From Chrysomallon squamiferum (taxonomy: Eukaryota > Animalia > Mollusca), in assembly GCA_012295275.1 (NCBI GenBank), contig CM022671.1, positions 19,654,001 to 19,718,000 of the forward strand: a stretch of DNA of 64,000 nt, given 5' to 3'. The notes beneath the pieces are model-generated. The model made no database searches and was not told the origin of the DNA. It was given only the letters and a program-made list of their open reading frames with translations. The position numbers were made by a program, and so were the translations under genes. Positions 1 to 13,341 of this stretch are shown one piece after another (within the stretch, counting starts at the first letter, position 1; each line of letters begins with the position of its first letter).

Positions 1-46
1 TTTGATTGTTTTTTGTGTTTTTTTCATTTGTTTTGTTTTTTATTAT

Positions 47-84
<38 letters not shown>

Positions 85-190
85 TTTTGTTTGTTTTTTT
101 TTTGTTTTTTTTTTTTTTTTTTTTTTTTTTGTTGTTGGTTGTTTTTTTTTTGGGGGTTCTGGTTTTTTTTTTTTTTTTTTTTTTTTCATT
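1..190. repeat. T-rich low-complexity tract (intronic)
   Basis: Long poly-T runs broken by G and A; the source of the poly-Phe ORFs in the track. Confidence 0.9.
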
Positions 191-420
191 TTCTAAAGAA
201 TAATAATTTTATGTATTCAGTAAATCACATTTTAGATACTTGTTAACTGCAATTATTCTTTTCCTTGTAGTTGTTTGTGTCTGTCAATTTTATTATTATT
301 ATTATTATTATTGTGTTAGATTTCTGGGTGTGTTTGTGTTTATTTCATGTGAACAGTATTGCTTATCTTTATTTCGTGTTATAATGCATAATGTAATACA
401 TATGTCTCTATGTTTTTCAG

Positions 421-504
421 GGGAAAGGCAAAGTGTGTACGTACTGGCTTAAAGGAGAAAGACATTTATTAGATAATTCACCCGTCCATTCCACTAGATC
501 CTGA
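421..504 (+). CDS. Terminal coding exon of a class III nucleotidyl cyclase (probably a receptor guanylyl cyclase); the rest of the gene lies upstream of the window
   Basis: The acceptor tgtttttcag ends at 420. The exon reads GKGKVCTYWLKGERHLLDNSPVHSTRS*, matching the (K)GKGxxxTYWL motif that ends guanylyl/adenylyl cyclase catalytic domains. AATAAA at 513-518. Confidence 0.8.
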   Translation, partial: GKGKVCTYWLKGERHLLDNSPVHSTRS

Positions 505-1973
505 CAACAGTGAATAAAAACGCTTCACTTTACCATATCAAATCAACGCAAAGGAAAACAGTAGTGTATTACCCATAATTCTGCGGTGTTACCGGAACTC
601 TCGTCATAATTCTTGTTCCTTTGTCCTTCACTTCGATTATTCTTTCTTGATTTCTTTTTTTCCCTCATTGGACTAAAATTAACAATTTCTGGGGCACCAA
701 ATGAATAAATAATTATTGAATACATTTTCAGTTGATTTCTTCAAATGCTGAAGATTTTATGGGACCGAATAAGCAGCTTCTCTAGATCGAACTGAATTTT
801 TTACCAAAAAAAAAAAAAAATATATAATAATAAAGAAATTTTGAAAGGATGTGTCGTTGTAGATAAATTGTAAACAGCACCACTGAAGATCTAAATAATA
901 TAATAAAATGGAATGCGGAAAGATTTATTTTATTCCTTCAGCGGGCCGCTTTTTCTCCGGCCCTTTTAGAAAGTTTGATTTGTGTTCTTCGTTGTGAACA
1001 ACGACTGTTGAATGTGGCGAAGAGAAAAAAAAAAAAAAAAAATTTTATTTGCTGAATTTATGTGTGTTATTAATTCATGTTATATAATGGAACAGTGTTA
1101 GATATATATAGCCAAAACAACAAAAATATTTATTGTCTGTTTTTTTGTGTGTTTTTTTTAACATTGTTGTTTCTTTTTGTTTGTTGTGTGTATTTTGTTT
1201 CGAAATAATATTTATACATATGCACAAGCACCTATACAAGAAGTAGTAAATTATTTGAAACCTTTTTTTTTTTAACTTGTTTAAATAAAAATGTTTTTAA
1301 AAAATACCACATTTTAGTGCTAAAAACACGTTCCCATATTAGGGAAAGAAATCTCATTTATTTGCATAATAATAATAAAATAATGATGATGTTATTATTT
1401 ATTTATTTATTTATTGATTTATTTATTCATTTATTTTAAATTAACTCTTTTTTTTTTTTTACAAAAAAACAAAACAACAACATTACATTACGTATTAATT
1501 TTAAACTTTTTAAAACTTATTCAGTAATTAGAAATATGATACGAAAATAAAACTGTGACACGATATCTTCTCCAGACAGTGTTTGAATCGTTGTTTTTTC
1601 TTCTTCTTCTTTTTAAGAATGAATGAATGAATTCTTCTCTAGCGACTTTACAATATATTTTCATAACTATACTCATCACCGATTAATATTATGGGTCATT
1701 TCATGCATTTTTCCATACACAGTGCAGAACGTAACATTGTTTTTGGTAAGGCAGTTATAGGACACTAAATAAAGCAAGACATAACCCAGTTTTAAATGCA
1801 ATAAGGTAACAATAATAATATTATATTTTTCTACCCTCTTCCTAAATTATGAACATAAATATTTAATAAAAAAAATAAACATAACTGCAGTTACAAGGCC
1901 ACATTAAAATGTTAAAATTTACAAAAATTAAATAAAATAAAAATTAAATATTTCTATTTAATATTTAGGTAAT

Positions 1974-2122
<149 letters not shown>

Positions 2123-2836
2123 GGTGTGTGGCTGTAGACATACATAATAAGATAATGTCTGGTTAGTAAAACAGATAAGCAATAAAATAAAAATAAATGC
2201 CCATATTTGGTAACATATTAAGGTACACATTATAATAACATGGTGACCAAAATTCTTTTTGAATATCTGTGGGATTATGATAGAAGAACTTACAATTATT
2301 TTACTTTTGACACTTATGTTTATTTTGACCTACTCAGTCTTTTGGGAATCTTTATCCTTCTTCGTACTAAATTATACGAGGAAAGAATAAAAATTATAAT
2401 TATCTTTTCACGCTTCTTATTCTAATGCCTTTGGAATGTAGTACCCATCAATAAATAGACTGTTTTAATATATAACATATAATTTAAACTAGAATATAAC
2501 AAAATGTTTTATTTTTAACAAAAGAAAAATCCACAAAAGTTGGCTGTAAAAAAATAAAGTTTTCTTCATCTAACTCCTAACAAATTTTCCTTTCGCAAAA
2601 ATAAAAAATATAACTATATTAATATAACTATATTAATGATTAAACAACGGTATTTGCGTATGTATGAAAATTTATGTTTTATGAGAATGCCTAATCTATA
2701 TTTTTTCTCTTTTGTATATCTGTAAAACAAAAACATCTAACGAAAGCTTCGGTTGCATATCACAAAATTATTTCTGTGAAACTTCCTTCCATGAAAGCGA
2801 CACATATGACAGTATTTGTTAATTGTTTCTTCTTTT

Positions 2837-2874
<38 letters not shown>

Positions 2875-4081
2875 CTTAATTTTTTCCTTTTTTGTTGAGA
2901 AATAAAATATATAATGTTAAAAAAAGTTTCACGCATTGAAAGTTTTTGTTTTTATTTTACATTTAGTTTACTTATTTTTTCCAGCTATTAAATTTATATA
3001 ATAGAACCCTTTACAAATAAAACTATTGCTATGTTCACAAACTCATTCATAAGTATATTAGTGTGTTTTTCATACATGAGTGTGTGTGTGTGGAGGAATA
3101 TGCCTGAAATGTATTTGATCGTGTATCATCGGCCTTTAAATAGTCAAACACCTTTTTTCTACACGTATATCAAAGTATTTCATTTACTGGTTTCATATTA
3201 CATGATTTACGCTTTTATTAGAAAGGGCAGTTTCATTCTAACATTTCAAAGGCAGTGACAGAGTATTAAAATATCTGTTGTGTTAAGTCATAACAATAGC
3301 TGTCGTAATAGAGACAGTGAATCTACTAAGATATCACTGTACAGAACCGATGTCTGATTAACAATTAATAATAATAATATATACTCAGATATTCTTAACA
3401 TTCATCAACTTTCTATTCAAATTTTTTCTCTATTTTTGTTTATTTGTTGTTTAATTTTAGTTTAATGAATACCGTCACACAACAGCAGACACGGAGTCTC
3501 AAAACGCCACTCAAATTTCTGTCAAACAGCAAAATACATTAGCAAATTCAATTAAGATTAGTGAGTTAAACACATGTAGGTATTCAGAATGTCTAAAAAG
3601 AAAAAAAAATTCCTTAACGTTTCAGAACAGAACACAGAAAGTTTATTGAACAAACAGAAATCGTATTTGTCTTGTTCTGAAACTTATCTCTTTCTCATCC
3701 TGCACGGTTTGATTTATATACCAGTACTTCCACAAATACTTGCAGTTCTACAAAATCACACCTGGTTATTAAGACAGACAATGGGAATTTTAATAGCAAA
3801 ATAAATTACACCACAAAGCAAAACAAACAAGCAGAAGCACTAAATCTAGACAATACGTCAGCATTATAATGAAATACATTTTCTGGGGATTGTCCACATG
3901 AGCCAAAGCTATAATTCAAAAAGTAATTACATTCCGAAATCCAGATTTGCTTCAAATGCTGTGTATTCACGTGTTCCATGAGGATGGATGCCTTTTTTCT
4001 GGCGTAAAGTTTATTAATTTAAGTTCACAAAACAAAACGAAAAATAAAGGAATCGATTAAAAGAATTCGGCATAATTCAAC

Positions 4082-4130
<49 letters not shown>

Positions 4131-5213
4131 ATACATCTTTATTATTTCATGTCAATTTAAATCATTTACTGAATCTTTCTTTGTTAAAGCAAAAATCTTA
4201 ACATATTCGAAATCAATGATAATGTGGAAGCTAAATTATGCGGAACCTGATCTGATATCATAAACACTGCATTTGTTGATTTATTAGTGTGGAAAGCAGA
4301 AGCAAGACGAAAAAAAATCATGCACAAAGCATTACTGAATGATTTTAATTGTTATATTTGTTTTTATCGCTCAATTTGCTTGATTGATTTTGCCATTTTC
4401 CAACCTTTTAGCTAAATTATCTCTGCAGGTAATTTTCTATTTACTCATTCGTCAAAATGATGCGTCCAGTAACATCTGTTAATTATTAAGAAAAAATAAT
4501 AATAAATATTAAAATTAAAATTAAAATTAAAATAAAAACAAAATAATGTGTTTTATCCTTTGTTTCGCGGCAAACTACATAATGTAAAATGTGTCACCTA
4601 ATTACGAAAATTCTATAAATTTACTGTTTTTGTTCAGTAGTAAAATAAAACAGCAGAACAGAGCACTTACCGAATTAAAATTGAATTATCTAAAACATAT
4701 TGTTTGATCTTTCTTTCTTTCTCTTCCCCACAAATATTCAAACAATTGTTTAACTGACTCTCTCTCTCTTTTCTCTTTAACGTATAAGAGTCAGTGAAAT
4801 AAACATCTTTTATTTAACATTGATTTTGTTTCTTATATATAGTATCTTTTAGTTTTGTATCTAGTATATCAGTTAATTATTTCTAACAAGATTTATATAT
4901 TTGTATCTTAGGATGAATATTTACTGATGAATACAGAAAAACACAGATAGAGGACAGATTCCTAATGAATACTTTTGCAGTTGTCAAGTACTTTTTTATA
5001 TACATTTCGATGTTTTCGCTCATTTTTTGTTCTTATTTTTTTTTTTCTCCGTTTAATTTATGTGAGGAATCACCTATATTATATATATATATAAAATTTA
5101 ATCTATTAAAATGTTTATTTTTTACAATTTTTCAGAGATGTTAATATATTAATAAAATTTAAGAGAAAATAAACATAGATTTTTTTTTTCCATTTCGCTT
5201 TTATATACACATA

Positions 5214-5330
5214 TGTGACGTCAACAATAGCGTGACGTCCTTTAGCAACCACAAACACACAATTGCGGTTAAAGGTGGACAAATTGTTATCCAAGGTTAT
5301 GGCGTCAAAATCACAGATAATTCCTGTTAG
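5214..5330 (+). promoter_or_regulatory. Candidate promoter and first exon (possibly of SSADH) with CRE and RFX X-box motifs
   Basis: TGACGTCA at 5216-5223, TGACGTCC at 5233-5240, and X-box-like GTCCTT-T-AGCAAC at 5237-5249. Locally CpG-rich. Splice donor AG|GTAAAT at 5330/5331. The SSADH ATG exon (13342) is directly preceded by an acceptor, so an upstream exon is implied. Confidence 0.45.
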
Positions 5331-5379
5331 GTAAATATTTTATTTTATACTTAAAGTAAAAACCATTTTAGTAAATACA

Positions 5380-8300
5380 AAAACACATACCAGCACAATG
5401 AAACACGCCATTATACACTCGCACATACACAATATACAAATTACATAACATATGTAGTCGCAATAAACATTTGCACACATACAATTACACATCACAAACC
5501 ATATGCACATGCATACACACAATATACATATCACACCATATATACTTGCATATATATATATATATATATGTATAGGCAGCAAACACCATATATACTCGCA
5601 GAGATACAATATACACTCGCACACACAGACGTACACAGAACATACCATACACACATCACATGTACTTGCACACACACCACATAAACATCACATTCACACA
5701 CCACATTCACACACACACAATCAACATATATATCACATATCACATATACTGGCGTACACACGATACACATTTCAGATACCATACATACCCGCAAAGACAC
5801 AATATACACGTGACATACCATATTGTATACACACAACCTTACACATCACATAGAATACTCGAACGCACACAAACAATATAGATATTATACACCACAAATA
5901 CCGGCGTAACCATAACATACACATCACACACTATATATACAACATACAGTATGTACTCGCACACACAAAATATACACATCATACATTATTTACTGACACA
6001 AACATCATATGCACATCAAATACATATACACTAGCGCACCTACACAATACACATATTATACATCTTCCATACTCTCACATACACAATATACACGTCATAC
6101 ACCATATATTCTGGCATGATACACACATCCCAGACACATAATATACACCTCACACACTATATACATTAGCAAACACACGATTTGCACATCAAATACCATT
6201 TACACTCACACACAATAAACACATCATATAGCAGACATAATCGAGCAGAAGCACAACATACATATCACACACTATATATACTCTCACACATACCATAAAC
6301 ATTCGAGAAGTATACAATTATAGATCACACACACATCGAAGACACCCAACATCATATGCCATATACACTCGCACATACACACTACATATATATCACACAT
6401 ACTATCCCAATCACACAGAGCAAACATATCACTTCATACACACAAAATATGTATATCACAGACTATAATTATATGCACATTACGCACCATATAAATTCGC
6501 ATACTCACAATGTAGATATCACACACCATATAAGATCGCACATATACAATATATACACCATATATATTCGCACACATACATCCAATTATAGATATCCTTC
6601 CACAGACACAATTATACATCACATACCAAATACACTTGCACGCACAGAATATACACATCACACACATATACTCGTACACATACAACAAAAACACATCTTA
6701 TATTCACTGGTACACACAAACACACTATGTTCACATCATATCCTATATATACACACTACATACACTAACACGATACAGTCTGCAATACACATTTCACACG
6801 ATATACCATTGCACACTAACAATAACTTCATCAAACATTATATATACTCGCAGTCATACAGAATACACGTCACATACAATATACATTTGTGCGGACACAC
6901 CTACATATCACATACTACATACACATCGCATACACCATATATACTCACACACACACAAGATAAATATCACACACCTCATATATACGCATTCATACGATAA
7001 ACATCTCACTATATAAACATTAAACACTGTATATACTCGAGACACACATATTTATACATACCACATTGCAGACACCCAACACATATACACAATATTTACA
7101 TCACGCATTACAAACACTGGTACACACATGATAATCTCATCACATACCATATACACTCGCACATGCTCACAATTTATATATTATACATCAAATATACAGG
7201 CATACATTTCACCTCAGATACACGTAATATACATATATACTATAATTATACAGTCGCAAACCCATACGCACAAAACACGTATTATATTATATGCACACAT
7301 ATACAACAAATTACACCTAAACAAAACACATCAAACGCCACATAAAACATTCCCACATATTATCTATAGTACAGCCACTACATCACACATAACATATACA
7401 ACGACAAATACTGTATCACACTTACAATATACATCTGACATACTACGTAAACACAACCCATATCACACAATACATACTCAAGCAAACAACACTCACCACG
7501 TACAAAAAACACACACTGCATTTTCGTAACATTCAGTACCTACGATCAACAAACTCTACATATACAAAACACACTCCATACACCACATATATACACGTCA
7601 CATACCGAAAATGCTCACAAACAAAAAACGCACACCAAATATATACAACTCAGTTCATACATACACAACACTCACTACAAACGGACAACACTTACCACAT
7701 ATACGGAACACTAGCCACATTCAAACACACTCACCACATACATATATCAAATACACTCAACAACAACACATACACACAACGTACATCACACACAAAATAC
7801 ACACTACATGTGCACAACGCAACCATCTACAAACAAAAAACTCAACACTACACATTACATATACCCGACACTTGCCACATACATGCAACTCTCATGACGT
7901 CCACAATTGCATACTTTACGTAACTACACTACAACCACATACACAAAACATTCGTCTCATATATATACACTCAGCAGATGCACATAACACATATCACAAT
8001 CAAGAAACATATAGAACAATCACAGTATACATATACCAAACCAATCACACACGACACACAACACACTTTATTATATAACACCATACACCACATACACACA
8101 AAACACACAAATCTTCACACACAACATTCGTCACATACACAGCACACATCACATGCAAACAACATACCACATACACAAAACATATTCACTACAAACACCA
8201 TATGTACACAACACATACCAGAAACACAACAGACTCACAACATACATATACCATACAAACCAAATTCATACCTCACACAACATACACATACACACATCAC

Positions 8301-9560
8301 TCGCCACATAACATAACATGTGTCACATACACATACACATAACAAACTCAGTATAAAACATTCACCATATATACACAATTTACACCACATACACAATGTA
8401 CATTCCACGTGCACACAAAACTCATCACATATACACAACACATTTCATATACAAACAACACAGGCTACATGTACACAGCACACTCCACATACACATAACG
8501 GTCACCGCATATACGTAACACATTCCACAAATACGCAATACACAAAACATACATACAGCACAGATGACATTACACAGAACACTTCACATATACATAACAA
8601 TCACCATATAATTATATACATATACAATACACTCCACATACAGGACCTACAAACAATATACTGCCACACACACACACACCATACATAATACACATCACAT
8701 CGAACACTCGCCAAATAATAAAAGTATTCACTATACCCACAAAAAACACACTCATACACTCAACACATACCACATAATTATACACAACACAGTACATATA
8801 CGAAACAACATACCAAATACACAAAATACATACCGTATTTACAGCACACTCACAACAGACATGTTCATATATCATGTAACCACTCGCCATATTAACACAA
8901 AATACTTTACATACAAATACCACATACCACAACATAAACAAAACACTCGCCACATATACACAACCTTACACATACAATACACGTCAAACACACCACAAAC
9001 CCAGCATAGCCTACATCATACCCACACACACACACAAAACACATCAGTTACATATATATCACAATCCATGTACACCATGCTTACTACAAACACTACTTGC
9101 ATCATAAACACCACACAACATAACCTCACACATATTACCTACATCATCTACACACAGTTTAAAACACCATAACACTCACATCATACAAAACACACTCAAA
9201 TATGCACGTCACGCACACAGTAGACATTACTTAAACCATAAGGAGTCAACATACCACACATTTATATACATCCCAAATATAAATACATACCATAAATAAC
9301 ATACACTATACAAACCATATAATAAACATACACTCATTTCACAAACATCACAACACACACCATCACATGCACAGCACGCACATAATAACATATCACTTAA
9401 ACAATACAAACATATATAGATGCACACCAAAAATACATATACACTACACACAACACAAACTGTATACACCACACGGGACCAAGCATCGCATACAACATAA
9501 ATACACATACATAATACACAAGATAAATACACATACATAATACACACCGACAAAGATCAT
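5380..9560. repeat. Degenerate A/C-rich minisatellite, about 4.2 kb
   Basis: The plus strand is strongly G-depleted. The 5' half has recurring ~38-40 bp units like CCATATATACTCGCACACACACAATATACACATCACACA; the 3' half has shorter units like ACACACTCCACATATACAAAAC. It generates the spurious His/Thr and Cys/Val ORFs. Confidence 0.85.
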
Positions 9561-11943
9561 TAAAACAGTACATATTATTTACCTACCGCATCTGCTACAA
9601 ATACCACACACCGAATTAAAGATCGACGGGTTAAAATCAAGCCATAACCTTATTTAACAAATTGCCTGATCTGAACTGTGTGTCAGAATAAGGTTCAAGA
9701 TCGGACTGGATTTTTGTGGAAATTGGTATCTAGGATTATCAAATTCGGCATATATTTTTCTTACAGTAATATTTTATATTCCGATCTCTTTTATTTTGGC
9801 GAACCACCTAAAGTTGCGACTAATTAAAAAAAAATTGTGTTTAAGTTTCATATAATAACAGTATATGATACAACAAAATTAAAATGTGTTTACTTCATAT
9901 TTTAAACTTATGAATAAATAAGGAAAAGAGTAAAGTATATCAGAAAACATAATCAATATATTTCGCGGTTTTTCAAAATAATAAAATGCAATTAATATTT
10001 TAATTTTTACTTTATCTTATTTTAATTTATTATTATTATTGTTATTATTATTATTATTAATTTGTTTTTTGTTTTTGTTTTTTAATAGCATTAATTAAAA
10101 TAGATTAAAATGAATTTCACTTATTAATTAATACAAGAAATATATTAATTAAAAATATATATATAAATATATATATATTATTAACTAAAATAAGATAAGT
10201 AAGATAAATAAAACAAAGTAACAAAATAAGGAATCAAACTCAAGCGTTTTCAAATTCTTTCATCTTAAAGTTTTATTTACTAAAAAAAAAAATCAAAAAA
10301 AAAAAAAAAATTAATTAATTTTAAAAAGTAAATAATCATTCTTAAAATTTGTATATTTAATTTTGTTTTTGTTTTTTTCTTAAAACGTAATTCAGAATGT
10401 TTTATCAAAGACCGTTTCCATTGTGTCGTATACTGTTAACAAAATTATTTTACAATGATTCCTCACCGGATATTTAAAATAAAATGTATTACTATTACTT
10501 TGGTTGCCATCCATGATTTACGTACTCTAGTACCTAAAATGCAGCGACAAGGAGTCACCCGGTGAGTGATGACACCCCCATCTCAGAGTGGCTAATACGG
10601 AAACTCATGCTTGAAAATGTGTTTCTGGGGGACTGTTCACCAGAGGTACATAATATAAAAATGACAGTAATTTTTTAATTAAATGATTTAATTTATTACT
10701 CAAAGTAAGAGAAACTGGGAAACAAATATTGCAACCAAATATGGACAAGTCTTATTAAATACTCCCATACATATGTAAACATACGTATCATTATATTCAG
10801 AAAGTAGAGCGATTCAGAAAGTGGGACAAAATAAAATGATTGTTATTATTACAAAAACTCAGTTTAAGATTCCTCTTTTAATTGTCTTCTAAATGAACGT
10901 TCCAAATTATTTTCTAACGATTGTTCACGAACAGGATTCTTTGGACCTTCATAAATTTTGTCAGAATTTAAAACATACTATTAGACTGGTTTAATTCATA
11001 AGTTATCTATAAAGAAAAGCAATATAGTAATGTTTCGGTTACCAGTCAGTGTTAAGAGGCCTATCGAAGGTTCAGCAAAATGATAACAAGACTTAATCAT
11101 TTCGATTACAAATAATAATAAAAATTTCTACCAACTATAAAATTAAAATCTACCATTTAAAATATCGTTTACAAATTTAAAGTTATTAAAATAAATGAAT
11201 ATGCATTAACAATATATAGAAGAGTATCACATTACCATGTTTTCAGAGGCCTTTCATAGGAACTGATTTTAATACTAATAATAGGATGTAAGTATTTGCT
11301 TAAAATGTTTAATCTGATTTCATGTAATTTTGCATATTACAGAATATGTTTTTTCATTATTTAATTCTGACGTGGTCACAACTTAGCGATCAGAAAACAA
11401 TTAATACAAAAAATGATGACATTAAAGCGATGCAGAGCGATGCAATGCGACAATTCACTTGACACTGATATTTTAAGTATCGCCACCTCCCACACATATA
11501 TTTGTATTTACTTAAAATAAAAATAATGATACTTTAATTCATGTTTGGTAGAGGCAAAATGTAAGTGCACTGCCAAACTTCACTTGTAACAAATTTTCAA
11601 TTTAACAGAGCCAGATTTCAGAATGACAATCACAGAATGCCAGATCGATCAGCCTTGATAACATAATAAAAAATATCCAAGGACACTGTTGCTATTAATT
11701 AATGTCAACGATAGTGTATTTGCCGGTATTATAGCATGCTATTTGTATGTAGAATAAGGTTGAAAAATATTTTAATAACTGATATTTAGAGCATATCTTT
11801 TAGCTGTAACACACCACGATTCGTGAAAACGTTCAGCTTGAAAAATGACCGTGATCACGGAGATGAATTCCATTCCATATTTTAAAAACCTTAATAAAAT
11901 GGAGATCATTTAGTTTTTTGTTTCTGCTGCTGTTTTTGTTGTC

Positions 11944-11944
<1 letters not shown>

Positions 11945-11982
<38 letters not shown>

Positions 11983-12039
11983 GCATATTTATATAACACC
12001 ATTTCCATACTAAGTTCAATGGTGCTTTACAGTGTAAAC
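11945..12039 (-). mobile_element. 3' tail of an L2/CR1-type LINE or related SINE
   Basis: The minus strand reads CTGTAAAGCACCATTGAAC...GGAAATGGTGTTATATAAAT...(AAT)n, resembling the TGTAAAGCGC...GCGCTATATAAAT-(AAT)n tails of L2-clade retroposons. Confidence 0.5.
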
Positions 12040-12722
12040 CAGTGGTTCTTAAAGGGTGTGCCTGGGCGCACTGGAGTGCCCAGACACATGCTTAGATGTG
12101 CACCGTGAAATTGTAGGATCTAGGTAGATATTTATAGTACATTACATCCACACTTCAGCATAAAAATGTTCCATCACTTAACACTGAACAATACACATGG
12201 ATTCGAAATCCAGAATAGAAATTTCAGATGATGCTAGTTTAACATTAACTGAAGAAGAAGAACAAGTAGTTGTATCCACCAATGGTGGATTATAGATTAA
12301 ATATAAGGAATCTAGTCTTGAAAAATTTTGGATTTCAATCAGAGAAGAATACCAGTCAATATTCAAAAAAGCTTTAGCCATTTTACTGCAGTTTTCAACA
12401 TCATATTTATGTGAATTAGGATTTTCTGCTCTCACCAACATCAAGTGCAAAAAAAGAACAAATCTTCAGGCTACTGACAAGGAAATGAGTTTGCTTATCA
12501 TACATATGCCCCATCATTGAAGAAATTGCCAAGACATGTCAGGCTCATACTTCTTATCAGCACAAAATAGATGATGAATAAAGGTATATACCTTTCTTTC
12601 AGTTATTTCTGTTATTTTTTTACATTTTGCATTATATTTCTTGGCATTTTGTGTGTAGTTTGCCTGCAATTGTTTGTAAGGCTTCAAGTGTTCCCCAACT
12701 TCAAAAAGTTTGAGAACCACTG
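12040..12722 (+). mobile_element. Deleted hAT (Charlie/Buster-type) DNA transposon with a transposase C-terminal remnant
   Basis: TIRs CAGTGGTTCT (12040) and AGAACCACTG (ends 12722). 8-bp TSD-like flanks GTGTAAAC and GCATAAAC. An internal + frame (~12197-12520) gives WIRNP...SLEKFWISIREEYQSIFKKALAILLQFSTSYLCELGFSALTNIKCKKR, the hAT dimerization-region motif, with an in-frame stop. Confidence 0.88.
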
Positions 12723-13341
12723 GCATAAACTAATAAACTATAATATAAAAAGACATGGACATAAACACATTAAAAAATGTAAACATAATGGTGAACATGT
12801 TAAAATGATGGTAAATATAAATGAGTTAAATTTAAAAACTGTTTAAAATAATGGAATGGAATTCATCTCCGTGATCAGAACAGCTTGAACATTTTAAAAC
12901 AAAACATAACTATAGATGTTGTTATTTTGTTTTGTTTATTCTCACATTTATTTTCAATATATATATATATATATATATGTACTGAAATTAATGACACTTT
13001 AAAACTGAAGTTGTATACTTACAAAATACACGTATCTGCCTTCTGTCAAATAGATCATAGATCAAAGTTAGTTTGGTTTCAAACATGATCCTAATTTTAC
13101 TTCTTTAATTTTTTTCTGAATATGTGTGATGTATTTTTTTAAATGACAAATGTATTATTTTTATAGAATAATATTTTGAGAGAAATAAAAGGAGGTTGTT
13201 ACTAATAAACAATTTAAAATACTGAAGATTGTACTAAACTTTAAAAATATCATATAAAAAAATTATTTTAACAATCTATTATCTAAGAATTATTTGATAA
13301 CAGAATCTTATTCATTGTTTCTAACTATAAGAAAATTACAG

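Larger units (their letters stand above)
11856..12873. mobile_element. Non-autonomous TIR element with CAC...GTG ends (CMC/EnSpm-like), carrying nested insertions
   Basis: CACGGAGATGAATTCCATTCCATATTTTAAA from 11856 is the reverse complement (one indel) of TTTAAAATAATGGAATGGAATTCATCTCCGTG ending at 12873. Flanked by AT/AT. The inverted match extends 4 bp further out, so the termini are ambiguous. Confidence 0.6.

Noticed and set aside
2-246. Poly-Phe ORFs (also at 23441-23635 and 24450-24768)
   Set aside because: Translations of poly-T tracts.
502-513. Leaky UGA-C stop contexts at the cyclase stop (502-504) and the kinase stop (51137-51139)
   Set aside because: The next in-frame stops follow within 3-4 codons. 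No CUAG motif or SECIS-like hairpin was seen.
5340-9553. Many His/Thr-rich (+) and Cys/Val-rich (-) ORFs up to 214 aa
   Set aside because: They are by-products of the A/C-skewed minisatellite. Overlapping ORFs appear in several frames on both strands with no splice or domain structure.
5380-9560. CRISPR-like periodicity
   Set aside because: No invariant repeat with unique spacers, no cas genes, and the context is eukaryotic.
12178-12450. 90-aa minus-strand ORF
   Set aside because: It is the antisense shadow of the hAT transposase remnant.
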